A DNA stretch of 64,000 nucleotides, taken from a virus. Lineage: Duplodnaviria; Heunggongvirae; Uroviricota; Caudoviricetes. The position numbers and the translations under genes are program-made. The stretch lies in IMG/VR virus record IMGVR_UViG_3300031949_000001, positions 155,305 to 219,304 of that record, one strand, 5' to 3'. Below are positions 10,028-18,298 of this stretch, piece by piece (positions within the stretch are counted from its first letter, which is position 1; every line of letters starts with the position of its first letter). The notes under the pieces are model-generated. The model was not told the DNA's origin. It was given only the letters and a program-made list of their open reading frames with translations, and did not search any database.

Positions 10028-10993
10028 TTAGTTCGTCATACCAGCGAGTTTCAAGAAGTCACTCTTGAGTCTCTGTACAGGAGTTGTCTCTTGAGAGACA
10101 CTTTCCTCTACAACCTGATCTTCGGAATCACCAGTTTTGAGGATTACTGAACCCTCATCTACTCTTGATGAAATATTTGCGCTCTCAGCTAGTACTCTAG
10201 TTTCCTTCTCTGAGCCACCGCCCTTACTTTCATTATTTTTCTTACTGCCCTTAACGCTTACGTCCTCTTTTAATACACGACCAATAAAGGTCTTGTATCC
10301 TTCTTCCAACTGTTCAGTTGCGACGTTGGAAAGAATTGTTTCCATGACTTCTCTAGCAGTACCGTTAAGTGGCTTAAGAACGCTTTCCATCTTGATCTTA
10401 CGGGAAAGAACTGCCTTTTCACCAACTTCTGTTTCGTACTTAGACTTGAGTGCGTCAAGTTGTTCTTGTGTTTCGCGAAGTTCAGCCTCAACACTGAATT
10501 CATCAACGAAATGCTTGCGATACTCTTCGGAGAAAGCTTCATAGAGCTTACGACCGAATTCAAGTTTACGAGCTTCTTCGATATCTTCACGAAGTTCTTC
10601 AAATTCTGCTGCGATACGGATTTCAAGGAAGGCGTCTAGTTTCTCTACAAGAGACTTTAGATCCTTCTGAAGTTGTTCGCCCATAACACCCTTAGCTTCA
10701 ACAAGCTTCATTGCAAGTTCAGCTTCAAGGTCACGGAAGCTAGAAATGTCACCCTTGAGTTCTGAGAGTTCGTTATCACAGAATTCTGTGACCTTTTGGT
10801 CAATGGCTTCGATCAATGCATCGCGTTCTCCGATCCACTGTTCAGCAAGTTGTGCGCGAACTGTATCTTCAGCTTCTTTCTTAGCGGCATTGACTGCCTC
10901 TTCAAGTTGCTTCTTCACAGCCTCTTCCAATTCCTTCTTTGATTCTTCTGAAAGGATTTGGGCTTCTAGCAATTTCTTCAAAAGTTCTTCCAT
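10028..10993 (-). CDS. gp22: Prohead core scaffold protein (T4 gp22-like)
   Basis: Acidic coiled-coil protein between gp21 and gp23. Start reassigned from 11017 to 10993 (MEELLKK) because AAGGAGA lies 5 nt upstream. Confidence 0.85.
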   Translation of the reverse strand: MEELLKKLLEAQILSEESKKELEEAVKKQLEEAVNAAKKEAEDTVRAQLAEQWIGERDALIEAIDQKVTEFCDNELSELKGDISSFRDLEAELAMKLVEAKGVMGEQLQKDLKSLVEKLDAFLEIRIAAEFEELREDIEEARKLEFGRKLYEAFSEEYRKHFVDEFSVEAELRETQEQLDALKSKYETEVGEKAVLSRKIKMESVLKPLNGTAREVMETILSNVATEQLEEGYKTFIGRVLKEDVSVKGSKKNNESKGGGSEKETRVLAESANISSRVDEGSVILKTGDSEDQVVEESVSQETTPVQRLKSDFLKLAGMTN

Positions 10994-11023
10994 TGTTATC
11001 TCCTTGGAACTCTTCATTGTTAT

Positions 11024-11031
11024 TATTTATT
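11024..11031 (-). promoter_or_regulatory. T4-type late promoter (gp22-gp23)
   Basis: AATAAATA upstream of 10993. Confidence 0.6.
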
Positions 11032-11120
11032 AAGCTCTTGTAAAATCAGAGAAATTCTGTTTTTAGTTTAAAATTCCTCAATTAATTCAATAACTTACAA
11101 AAGCATGCGTTTTGTAGTTT

Positions 11121-11753
11121 TTACTTCTTTAACAGTATTTCAATAAACGCTTTAATCTCTTTTACGAGATATTTTTGTGCGACTGGATCATGACAAACCT
11201 CTTCTGAAAGAGTTAGAATTTTCTTGCCATTAGGAGCGTAACCAAGTGCTTCGTAAATAGAATTTGGTCTTGCACCTGGAGCCGAAGGTGTAGCGACAAT
11301 GTCAACTGTGATGAAGTTAAATCCTTCAACCATACCATTTTCCTGAACACTACCTGCGCCTCGGGAGCTAACACCGATACGAACACCACTTTCGATAAGT
11401 GTGCGTGCAATGTTGCCCATTGGGGTTGGAAGAATTCTTGCGCGACCTACGGCGTTATTACCCTCCATACGGAGGTCGGTGATCGCGTGAGAGATTCTTT
11501 CAAGATTGATGTTTAGAGTTTGTGGATGATCTAGTTCACCAAAAATTCCCTTTTGTTCCATGATAAGTTTTGATGCTTCTGAAACAGCCTTGGAAATTTC
11601 GGAGACTGGATATGTGCGATTGTTGCGGTTCTTAATGCCGCCCTGCATGAAGATACCAGCCAAGAAGCAGTTCTTACCATCAGCCGAAGATTCGTTGATG
11701 ATATTGGCTTGCATCGGGGTTAGTTCTTCGATAAGAATTTGTGGTGTAGGCAT
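11121..11753 (-). CDS. gp21: Prohead protease (T4 gp21-like)
   Basis: GIFMQ...KNRNNRTYP, GELDHP (His), GVSSRGAGS (Ser), DIVATPSAPGA. Confidence 0.95.
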   Translation of the reverse strand: MPTPQILIEELTPMQANIINESSADGKNCFLAGIFMQGGIKNRNNRTYPVSEISKAVSEASKLIMEQKGIFGELDHPQTLNINLERISHAITDLRMEGNNAVGRARILPTPMGNIARTLIESGVRIGVSSRGAGSVQENGMVEGFNFITVDIVATPSAPGARPNSIYEALGYAPNGKKILTLSEEVCHDPVAQKYLVKEIKAFIEILLKK

Positions 11754-11784
11754 TTAAGTGACTCCAGAATAAAAGGGTTAAGGA

Positions 11785-12105
11785 TTACTTGTCTTTCTTG
11801 TCTTCCTTTTTGTCCTTCTTATCCTTTTTATCGTCTTTATCGCCATCGTCATCTTTATCTTTTTTGTCCTTCTTGCCTTTCTTTTCGTCGCTCTTTTCTA
11901 GTTTCTGAGCGTCCTTAAGTTTGTCGATAGCTTCGTCTTCCATCTTTTCTGCCTTTTCTTCTTTTTTGTCGTCATCATCTTCTTTTTCGGAAACGATAGA
12001 ACGCATCTTGTCGGAGACATACTCGTGGAAATCAGTTGCAGCTTGTGCATTGTTGTCCTCAATGAGAGCATTGACCATGCTCATGAGCTTTTCTTTCTTA
12101 GACAT
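11785..12105 (-). CDS. Small highly charged prohead core protein (gp67/gp68-like position)
   Basis: K/D/E-rich (DKKDKKDK) and located between gp20 and gp21; SD AAGGAGA. Confidence 0.65.
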   Translation of the reverse strand: MSKKEKLMSMVNALIEDNNAQAATDFHEYVSDKMRSIVSEKEDDDDKKEEKAEKMEDEAIDKLKDAQKLEKSDEKKGKKDKKDKDDDGDKDDKKDKKDKKEDKKDK

Positions 12106-12141
12106 AGGTATTTCTCCTTGAAAGTCAGGTTGTTGTCTACT

Positions 12142-12149
12142 TATTTATG
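12142..12149 (-). promoter_or_regulatory. T4-type late promoter (core protein-gp21)
   Basis: CATAAATA upstream of 12105. Confidence 0.7.
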
Positions 12150-12331
12150 AACTAATTTATGGGGCGAACAAGGATTTCCTTAAGTGTTTGATATTTAAGA
12201 ATTTTCGTTCATTATAATTTATATAATCCAAAAATTATCCCAATAATTCATACGTTTAAAGAGACTAAATACAAGAGAAGGATCGTATGAACATATTATC
12301 AAACGCTAATGTTTTACAGTAATACTCCGAA

Positions 12332-14032
12332 TTAAGCTGGAGTAGCTCCGGCAACTGGAGGAGGTCCACCAGCACCGCCCATACCCATCGCTTCACCGCC
12401 TGGGGCACCGCCTTCAAGACCAGCCATCTCTTCGCCTCCCTCACCTGGAGGAGCGCCCATCGGACCGCCGATTCCTCCACCGCCTCCGATTCCTCCACCC
12501 ATACCAACTTCTTCACCACTCTGACCATAAAGTTTAATGAGGTCATCGTCGGTTCCCGTGTAAGGAATGCCCTTTTCTTGACGTAGGAGTCGTTCATTTG
12601 TAATGACTTCATCTTCCGAAAGCTGCATGATACGAGACAAGATGAATCTCTTAGCCAAGAAGGAAAGACCATCTGCTGTACCAACTGCATTGAGAAGTTG
12701 AGCATCCAATTCGACTTGGCGATACTTACCGAAGTTGCTTGGTTCTGGAAGTCTAATAATATAGGAGTATGGATCAATATTGACATCTACGTGGCGTAGA
12801 TATCTCTTGAACTCGTCGTCAAAAACGTGTTCAATATGGCGTTGTAGACGTTCGACAAACAAAGCAAAACGCAACTCTTCTATATAGGCGAGCCCGACTT
12901 TACCATCATTAAACATAACATCCTTAGCGTTTCTTGAAGCCTGAAGCCAACTAACTGGAACACGTAAGCCCATATAGACTTTAGTTTGGAAATAATCCAA
13001 ATCTGACAATTCTCCAAGGCTTTGACCACCAGGAAGTGTATCAACCTTGGAGCCCCGACCATCAGGACGAACAGTGAAGAAGAAGTCTTCAACCATAGCC
13101 TGTGGGTTGTAGACGCTATCGATTTGATCTTTACCGCCTTGGTGTGTTGGAACCTTTCTTTGGCGAATTTCATTTTTGAAAGTTTCGAGGTATTGTTTAG
13201 CTCGATGTGGTGGCATTTTACCAACATCGATGTAAAATACGCGTCGCTCTGGAGCACGCTGAATACGATAAATAACAATTGCATCTTCCAGCAATTCCTT
13301 CTGTTTGTGGGAACGATAGACACTTCGAAGAATAGAATCACCAAATGGAGCGGCTTCCGACATATCATCGTTTAAGGTGAAACGGATAACATCAGAGGAA
13401 GCGATGTATTCTGAATTGTATTCTTGACCTAACGCAACTGCGTGTCCTGGACCCCATGGACCTGGACCGCCTGCCCCACCAGCACTTCGAGGGCGGCGAG
13501 TATCAGTACGGATTTGATAGCCGACAATCTTGGTGACATCAACGGCGTCAACAACCGCAGCTAAAATGTTCTGTGGAGGAACCCATTCCCACTTTTTATC
13601 ATCACCATGACGGCGGAAAAAGCAATCACCATATTTGACGGTATTGCGGGCAATTTTATGAAGACGGATGCCAAGGTCGTTGATTCTAGACCATTGACGC
13701 AAAGCAATACGAAGAGTAGCAACCATTGTTCCGTCAAGTTGTTGACCTTCTTCTGTTTGAAGTTCTAGGTCAAATAATAGCTTTGTCTTGCGGTTTACAC
13801 CGGTCATTTCTTCGGCAATTGTATCAAGAGCACGAGCGACTTCAACGTCAGTATCCATGATATCATATTCGCGATATCTTGTTAGGCGCGTAGCTGATCC
13901 TTGAACAAGTCTTTGATACCAAGTATAGTTCCCGAATGAGGCATATGAGCCATCAATACCCTGACTGTCCTGCTGTAGAACCGTGTCTGGTTTTGGGGTA
14001 ACTATTCTAAAGAAACTTTCAATTTTTGACAT
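12332..14032 (-). CDS. gp20: Portal vertex protein (T4 gp20-like)
   Basis: LLEDAIVIYRIQRAPERRVFYIDVGKMP, EDFFF, GSKVDTLPGGQSLGELSD; Gly-rich C-terminal tail. Confidence 0.97.
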   Translation of the reverse strand: MSKIESFFRIVTPKPDTVLQQDSQGIDGSYASFGNYTWYQRLVQGSATRLTRYREYDIMDTDVEVARALDTIAEEMTGVNRKTKLLFDLELQTEEGQQLDGTMVATLRIALRQWSRINDLGIRLHKIARNTVKYGDCFFRRHGDDKKWEWVPPQNILAAVVDAVDVTKIVGYQIRTDTRRPRSAGGAGGPGPWGPGHAVALGQEYNSEYIASSDVIRFTLNDDMSEAAPFGDSILRSVYRSHKQKELLEDAIVIYRIQRAPERRVFYIDVGKMPPHRAKQYLETFKNEIRQRKVPTHQGGKDQIDSVYNPQAMVEDFFFTVRPDGRGSKVDTLPGGQSLGELSDLDYFQTKVYMGLRVPVSWLQASRNAKDVMFNDGKVGLAYIEELRFALFVERLQRHIEHVFDDEFKRYLRHVDVNIDPYSYIIRLPEPSNFGKYRQVELDAQLLNAVGTADGLSFLAKRFILSRIMQLSEDEVITNERLLRQEKGIPYTGTDDDLIKLYGQSGEEVGMGGGIGGGGGIGGPMGAPPGEGGEEMAGLEGGAPGGEAMGMGGAGGPPPVAGATPA

Positions 14033-14061
14033 TGTTTAGGTCTTAAGTTATTGTTTGGAAG

Positions 14062-14069
14062 TATTTATC
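14062..14069 (-). promoter_or_regulatory. T4-type late promoter (portal)
   Basis: GATAAATA upstream of 14032. Confidence 0.7.
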
Positions 14070-14090
14070 AACATTAAAAATAGGTATGCG

Positions 14091-16406
14091 TTACTGCCTC
14101 ATTTCCCGAGCCGCTTTCAGCGATGAACTAGGCGCAGTTAAGAGGCGTTGTAATTTTTGTGCTTCGGTATCGGAATATGTTTTAACTAATGTTTCAATAC
14201 CACCAGCAATTTGTTCTAATATTTTTTTGCTTTGTTGTTGCATGACAAGCATTGCTTCCATTGGATTTGAAGTTCCAGTTTCACCCATTGCTGCGCTTCC
14301 CGGAGCGGTATCTGATGATTCGTTTGTAGGAGCCTCAATGGCTGCGGCTTTGTATCCTGGTTTTTCCCAATAAGCAAGTTGTCCCTTAGAATGCAGGCGA
14401 GCCTGCAAATCTTCACGAGTATCAGTCTTAAGAATTTTTGCCATCTTGGCGTTTATTTCTTCTTCTTGCTCTTTGTTTTTATAGGCGATATAGGCTTCTT
14501 CTGCCCCAATAGCTAATCCACCAACTGCTCCAATAACACCTAAACGACTCGCAGCACCACTAGCACCACCCATAGTGCCGGTACCGCTTTTAATTAAAAT
14601 TCCAGCAAGACTTCCAAGAGATCCAAGTAGTTTTCCGATACCACCAGTGAGAAGAAGACCTATGCTTCCTAACAAAATACCAGCCAATCCATTTCCAGAG
14701 AGCCAGTTATAAATCTTTTCGACCCAAGAAGCGATATGTCCCGCTTCGACTATTGCCCTTTGAACTCCGGTGTTTATATCAAGCGATGCTTGTGCTTCTT
14801 TATCTGTTCGCGCTTTGCCGCCTGTAATGGTACCTTCAACACGGGCAGTATCAAATACAGCTTTCAATCCAGGAAGCGCTTCTTGCGCCCTACCCGCCAT
14901 TTCTTGTAAGGCATCAGCAAATGGATTACCAGCAGAATCTAATTCATTGAATCTTTTTTGATATTGTTGACCAAATTTAATCTGAAGTTTCTCGTATTGT
15001 TGTTCTTCTTTCGCGTCTCGCTTCTTTCGAGAAAGAAGCATCAATTGACGCGTGTCTTCAGGACTCATACCAATCTGAGTAGCCAAGACACCCAATTGAG
15101 CGGCGCCCCGGATTCTTTGAACAGGCGTTGCTTGGCGGCGTAATTTTTCGAAGCTTACTGCTAATTGTTTAGAACGCTCGATGCTTAGACCCATGACTTG
15201 AAATTCTTCAACACGACGGTGAATATTAGCAAGAACTTGTGCTCTCTCTTGTACTGTAGCCTTGGCGAGCCCTTCGCGAATTTCCTGATCGTTTAGAATT
15301 TGATTATCCATTTCAACAAGCTGTTCGGCTGTCATAGTGGTGGATCGTCGCATTCTTGTTAACTCTTCAATATATGATTTAGATCTTGCTTTTAGTTCTT
15401 TTGTAGAAAGAGTAGTGGAAGCTAACGATGTTGTTAAGTCCATTGCGGCTGCACCCAACTTACCACTAAGGATTGGGTCCATCCCAGCAAGCTTCATAGT
15501 TTGAGTTTGTAAATCGGTCAAAGTAGCATTAAAGGTTTCAGCACCACCTTTCATGGCGAATATTGTTTCTTTGTTCGCTTGCATTATATTCTGCAAGTCT
15601 GTCACCTGAAGAAGCAATCTACTCGAAGCACCAACAAACGGAGCAACACCGGTCTTATAGAAAGTGTTCGATGCGTCAATAAGTTGTCTTACTGCCTTTT
15701 CAACACCACCTATGAGCATTTCAGCAGATTGAGCTTTTAAGTAATTAATAAAAGAAGCTATTCCATTAGGACCACGAAGCGAGTCCGTAATTGCTCCTAC
15801 AATACCGCCACGTTTTTGAAGTGAATCACCGAGAGCTTCTTTTATACTGAGTTTTTTAAATTGTTTATCTAAGCTTTCAAGATGGTCCGTCGTGTCTTTA
15901 ATTTCTTGACCGAATTTATCAGCATATCCACGAAGGACAGCCGCCATTGCGACGACTTCTCCTTGACTCTTGGTACTATCTGTTAGGAATTGTTCAATCT
16001 GGTTATGGAATAATGCATAATCTCTACCGAGAGCCTTTTGAAGTTGACCATTTTCTTTTGCCGCTTTGATATAAGCTTGAGCACTAGCGGTGAATTGTTT
16101 TCTTGAATCCGAGCTTGCTGAATTCAAACCTTTCAAGGATGCTTTCACATTAGCGTATGATCTAACTTGTTCGTTTAGTGCTTTGACAAATTTAAGCAAG
16201 CCCCCATCTGCTTTATCAAGGCTTTTGCCCATTTTCTTGGCAATTTTTTCAACTTCTTGTTCTATGCGTGCTTTTTTAAATTTGTCTGATGTATTTGCCA
16301 ATGCTTCGGTAACTCCTAAAGTCGAACGGCTTAGCTTTCCGTATGTACCGGCTAAATTGTCCATCGCTTTAATTAAGGCTTGTTCTGAAGTCTGAAGGGT
16401 TGCCAT
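14091..16406 (-). CDS. Tape-measure-like protein
   Basis: 771 aa, Ala/Leu/Lys/Gln-rich helical composition with a Gly-rich hydrophobic segment near the C-terminus; late promoter; divergent from the gp26-like chaperone. Confidence 0.6.
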   Translation of the reverse strand: MATLQTSEQALIKAMDNLAGTYGKLSRSTLGVTEALANTSDKFKKARIEQEVEKIAKKMGKSLDKADGGLLKFVKALNEQVRSYANVKASLKGLNSASSDSRKQFTASAQAYIKAAKENGQLQKALGRDYALFHNQIEQFLTDSTKSQGEVVAMAAVLRGYADKFGQEIKDTTDHLESLDKQFKKLSIKEALGDSLQKRGGIVGAITDSLRGPNGIASFINYLKAQSAEMLIGGVEKAVRQLIDASNTFYKTGVAPFVGASSRLLLQVTDLQNIMQANKETIFAMKGGAETFNATLTDLQTQTMKLAGMDPILSGKLGAAAMDLTTSLASTTLSTKELKARSKSYIEELTRMRRSTTMTAEQLVEMDNQILNDQEIREGLAKATVQERAQVLANIHRRVEEFQVMGLSIERSKQLAVSFEKLRRQATPVQRIRGAAQLGVLATQIGMSPEDTRQLMLLSRKKRDAKEEQQYEKLQIKFGQQYQKRFNELDSAGNPFADALQEMAGRAQEALPGLKAVFDTARVEGTITGGKARTDKEAQASLDINTGVQRAIVEAGHIASWVEKIYNWLSGNGLAGILLGSIGLLLTGGIGKLLGSLGSLAGILIKSGTGTMGGASGAASRLGVIGAVGGLAIGAEEAYIAYKNKEQEEEINAKMAKILKTDTREDLQARLHSKGQLAYWEKPGYKAAAIEAPTNESSDTAPGSAAMGETGTSNPMEAMLVMQQQSKKILEQIAGGIETLVKTYSDTEAQKLQRLLTAPSSSLKAAREMRQ

Positions 16407-16436
16407 TGGAAAATATCCTAAAAAATCAACATCAAA

Positions 16437-16444
16437 TATTTATG
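16437..16444 (-). promoter_or_regulatory. T4-type late promoter (tape measure)
   Basis: CATAAATA upstream of 16406. Confidence 0.7.
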
Positions 16445-16522
16445 AGTAAAGCTAAAACCCTCGATTTTGTGTCTCAAACTAGGTGGATATATAAGAATAC
16501 GACTATTCAATGGAGCAATTTT

Positions 16523-17350
16523 ATGTCAGATGTTCAAAACGCCGTTCAAGATCAGGAAGTAAAACTTCTCAATCCTCTAATGCAACGAATTAAAATGCCT
16601 GGAGAAACCGTTAGGTTGCCATCCGGAGGTCTCTTTTATAAAAATGGAGAATTGTCTCAGAAGGTAAAAAACGGAGAAGTACATGTTTATCCGATGAGTG
16701 CTTATGATGAAATTGTTTTCAAAAGCCCGGAAAAACTAATCAACGGAACGGCAGTCGAAGAAGTTTTTAAGCGGTGTATTCCTGAAGTCGAGAAACCATT
16801 GGACTTGTTTGCCAAAGACGTTGATTATCTGACCACTGCTTTGAAGCGAGTGACTTTCGGACCGTTCGTTGATGTCAAGTACAATCACATGTGTTCGGAG
16901 ACCGCAACGGAACATGAATACAAGTGTGACGTTAATGTATTCATGAAAAATTCCAAGGTCATTGATCCGACGAAGTTAACTGAAAATTACGCAGTCAATC
17001 TTCCTAATGGACAGATGGTCGAAATCATTCCAATCCGTTTCAAGAGTGTTATTTCGATGATGGAAAGCGCTAATCTTCAACAGAAGGTTGAAGACGATGC
17101 TATTTATTTAACAAATAGAATGCTTGAATCGGTTTCACAAGTAATTGAATCAGTAGATAAAATAACTGATAAGAATTTTATTAAAGAATGGTTGCGCGCA
17201 ATTAGTGCAGGTTGGATGAAGCAGATTGGTGACGCCATTGAAAAATCAGGCGATTGGGGTCCAGACTTCAAATTCAAGACAAAGTGCGAAGACTGCAAAC
17301 AAGAAATTGAACTTGAAATTCCTCTTAATCCTGTAACTTTTTTTATCTAA
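16523..17350 (+). CDS. gp26: T4 gp26-like hub/tail assembly chaperone
   Basis: VRLPSGGLFY, PMSAYDEI, CIP, DVDYL..ALK..TFG, C-terminal CEDC...IPLNPVTFF. Start reassigned to ATG 16523 (GGAG at 16512-16515). Confidence 0.8.
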   Translation: MSDVQNAVQDQEVKLLNPLMQRIKMPGETVRLPSGGLFYKNGELSQKVKNGEVHVYPMSAYDEIVFKSPEKLINGTAVEEVFKRCIPEVEKPLDLFAKDVDYLTTALKRVTFGPFVDVKYNHMCSETATEHEYKCDVNVFMKNSKVIDPTKLTENYAVNLPNGQMVEIIPIRFKSVISMMESANLQQKVEDDAIYLTNRMLESVSQVIESVDKITDKNFIKEWLRAISAGWMKQIGDAIEKSGDWGPDFKFKTKCEDCKQEIELEIPLNPVTFFI

Positions 17351-17574
17351 TCCTTAGATGGAGAGGACCATCCGAGGTCAGTAAATTCTACGCCTCTACT
17401 CAAGCTGATGCGAAGCAGTTAATTACCAGCATCATCTCTATGGTTTATTTTATGCGCGGCTCGCTATCTTATGAAGAAGCCATGAATATGTGCCATGCGG
17501 AACGTTCTATTGTCATGGAGTTTTTGAAGGAACGTTTCGAACAAGAGAAAAAGAACCCACATCCTGTTTACTAA
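17338..17574 (+). CDS. gp51-like chaperone C-terminal segment, probably reached by -1 frameshift from gp26
   Basis: The -1 frame is open from 17329 to TAA at 17572-17574 (FFYLILRWRGPSEVSKFY...MVYFMRGSLSYEEAMNM...ER...FLKERFEQEKK). First ATG is at 17440; T7 run at 17338-17344. Confidence 0.7.
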   Translation, partial: FFYLILRWRGPSEVSKFYASTQADAKQLITSIISMVYFMRGSLSYEEAMNMCHAERSIVMEFLKERFEQEKKNPHPVY

Positions 17575-17577
17575 GTG

Positions 17578-17585
17578 GATAAATA
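17578..17585 (+). promoter_or_regulatory. T4-type late promoter (GNAT)
   Basis: GATAAATA, but only 5 nt before the ATG, so the transcript would be nearly leaderless. Confidence 0.5.
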
Positions 17586-17590
17586 TTAGT

Positions 17591-18298
17591 ATGAAAATCC
17601 ACGACCTCGCACTTTCCGAAAAAATCAACACCGATGTTACCTTTGAATACGATGCAGATTCTGAAGGGGATAACAATCGCGGTTTTCAAGTAGATAAAAT
17701 CGAAGCCTTCCTAAACGGTGTCAATGCCGGATATCTCAAAATTACCTACATACCAAAAGCTCGATTCAAAGCTCGCTATTCTAACATTCTCAATTTTCTT
17801 TGTAATATGGAAGGACATGTCAGCATCCTTCCGTATGCGTATCGAGAACTTGATTATCATGACATACCACCAGAAGAACTACGTAGGACTCTATGGCATG
17901 CCGCATCCGTTGGATTTGGATATGTGGATAATGAAGAATCGAAACAATTAGAAGAATTACCTACCGAACAAATAATTCCTACATACGAAAAAATCGAAGC
18001 AGCCGCTAAAAAGAGATATGGATTGAGATTTAGACAATTTAAAAATTATTACGTAGACAAGGCATATGTTGATTTTATTCGTGTACTTCCTGCATTCCAA
18101 CGGAAAGGGATAGGTATAGCTTTGTATCGAGCGGGATATGAGTGGATGAAAAAGAAAGGAATTCCATTTTACGCATCAGGCACACAAACAGACTCCGCTA
18201 AAGCTGTATGGTCAAAAATGAGTCAAGAATATCCAGTAGCATATGATAAAACTGTGCTTGGTAATAGAAAGTTTACCCGCCAACGATTCGACGCTTAA
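17591..18298 (+). CDS. GNAT-family acetyltransferase
   Basis: Acetyl-CoA motif A (VDFIRVLPAFQRKGIGIALY), then ASGTQTDSAKAVW. Late promoter GATAAATA at 17578-17585. Confidence 0.75.
   Translation: MKIHDLALSEKINTDVTFEYDADSEGDNNRGFQVDKIEAFLNGVNAGYLKITYIPKARFKARYSNILNFLCNMEGHVSILPYAYRELDYHDIPPEELRRTLWHAASVGFGYVDNEESKQLEELPTEQIIPTYEKIEAAAKKRYGLRFRQFKNYYVDKAYVDFIRVLPAFQRKGIGIALYRAGYEWMKKKGIPFYASGTQTDSAKAVWSKMSQEYPVAYDKTVLGNRKFTRQRFDA

Noticed and set aside
11785-11900. DKK repeats as a DNA repeat element
   Set aside because: Low-complexity coding sequence of a charged core protein; no exact periodic nucleotide unit.
12265-12786. 173-aa alternative-frame ORF over the portal 3' end, plus many 60-180 aa shadow ORFs in the track (e.g. 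2632-3159, 10137-10544, 59820-60359)
   Set aside because: They overlap well-supported genes in another frame or antisense, and lack SD sequences and recognisable motifs.
17351-17372. Canonical H-type pseudoknot stimulating the frameshift
   Set aside because: Both stems can be drawn, but loop 3 would be 0 nt, which is sterically implausible. Treated only as alternative hairpins.
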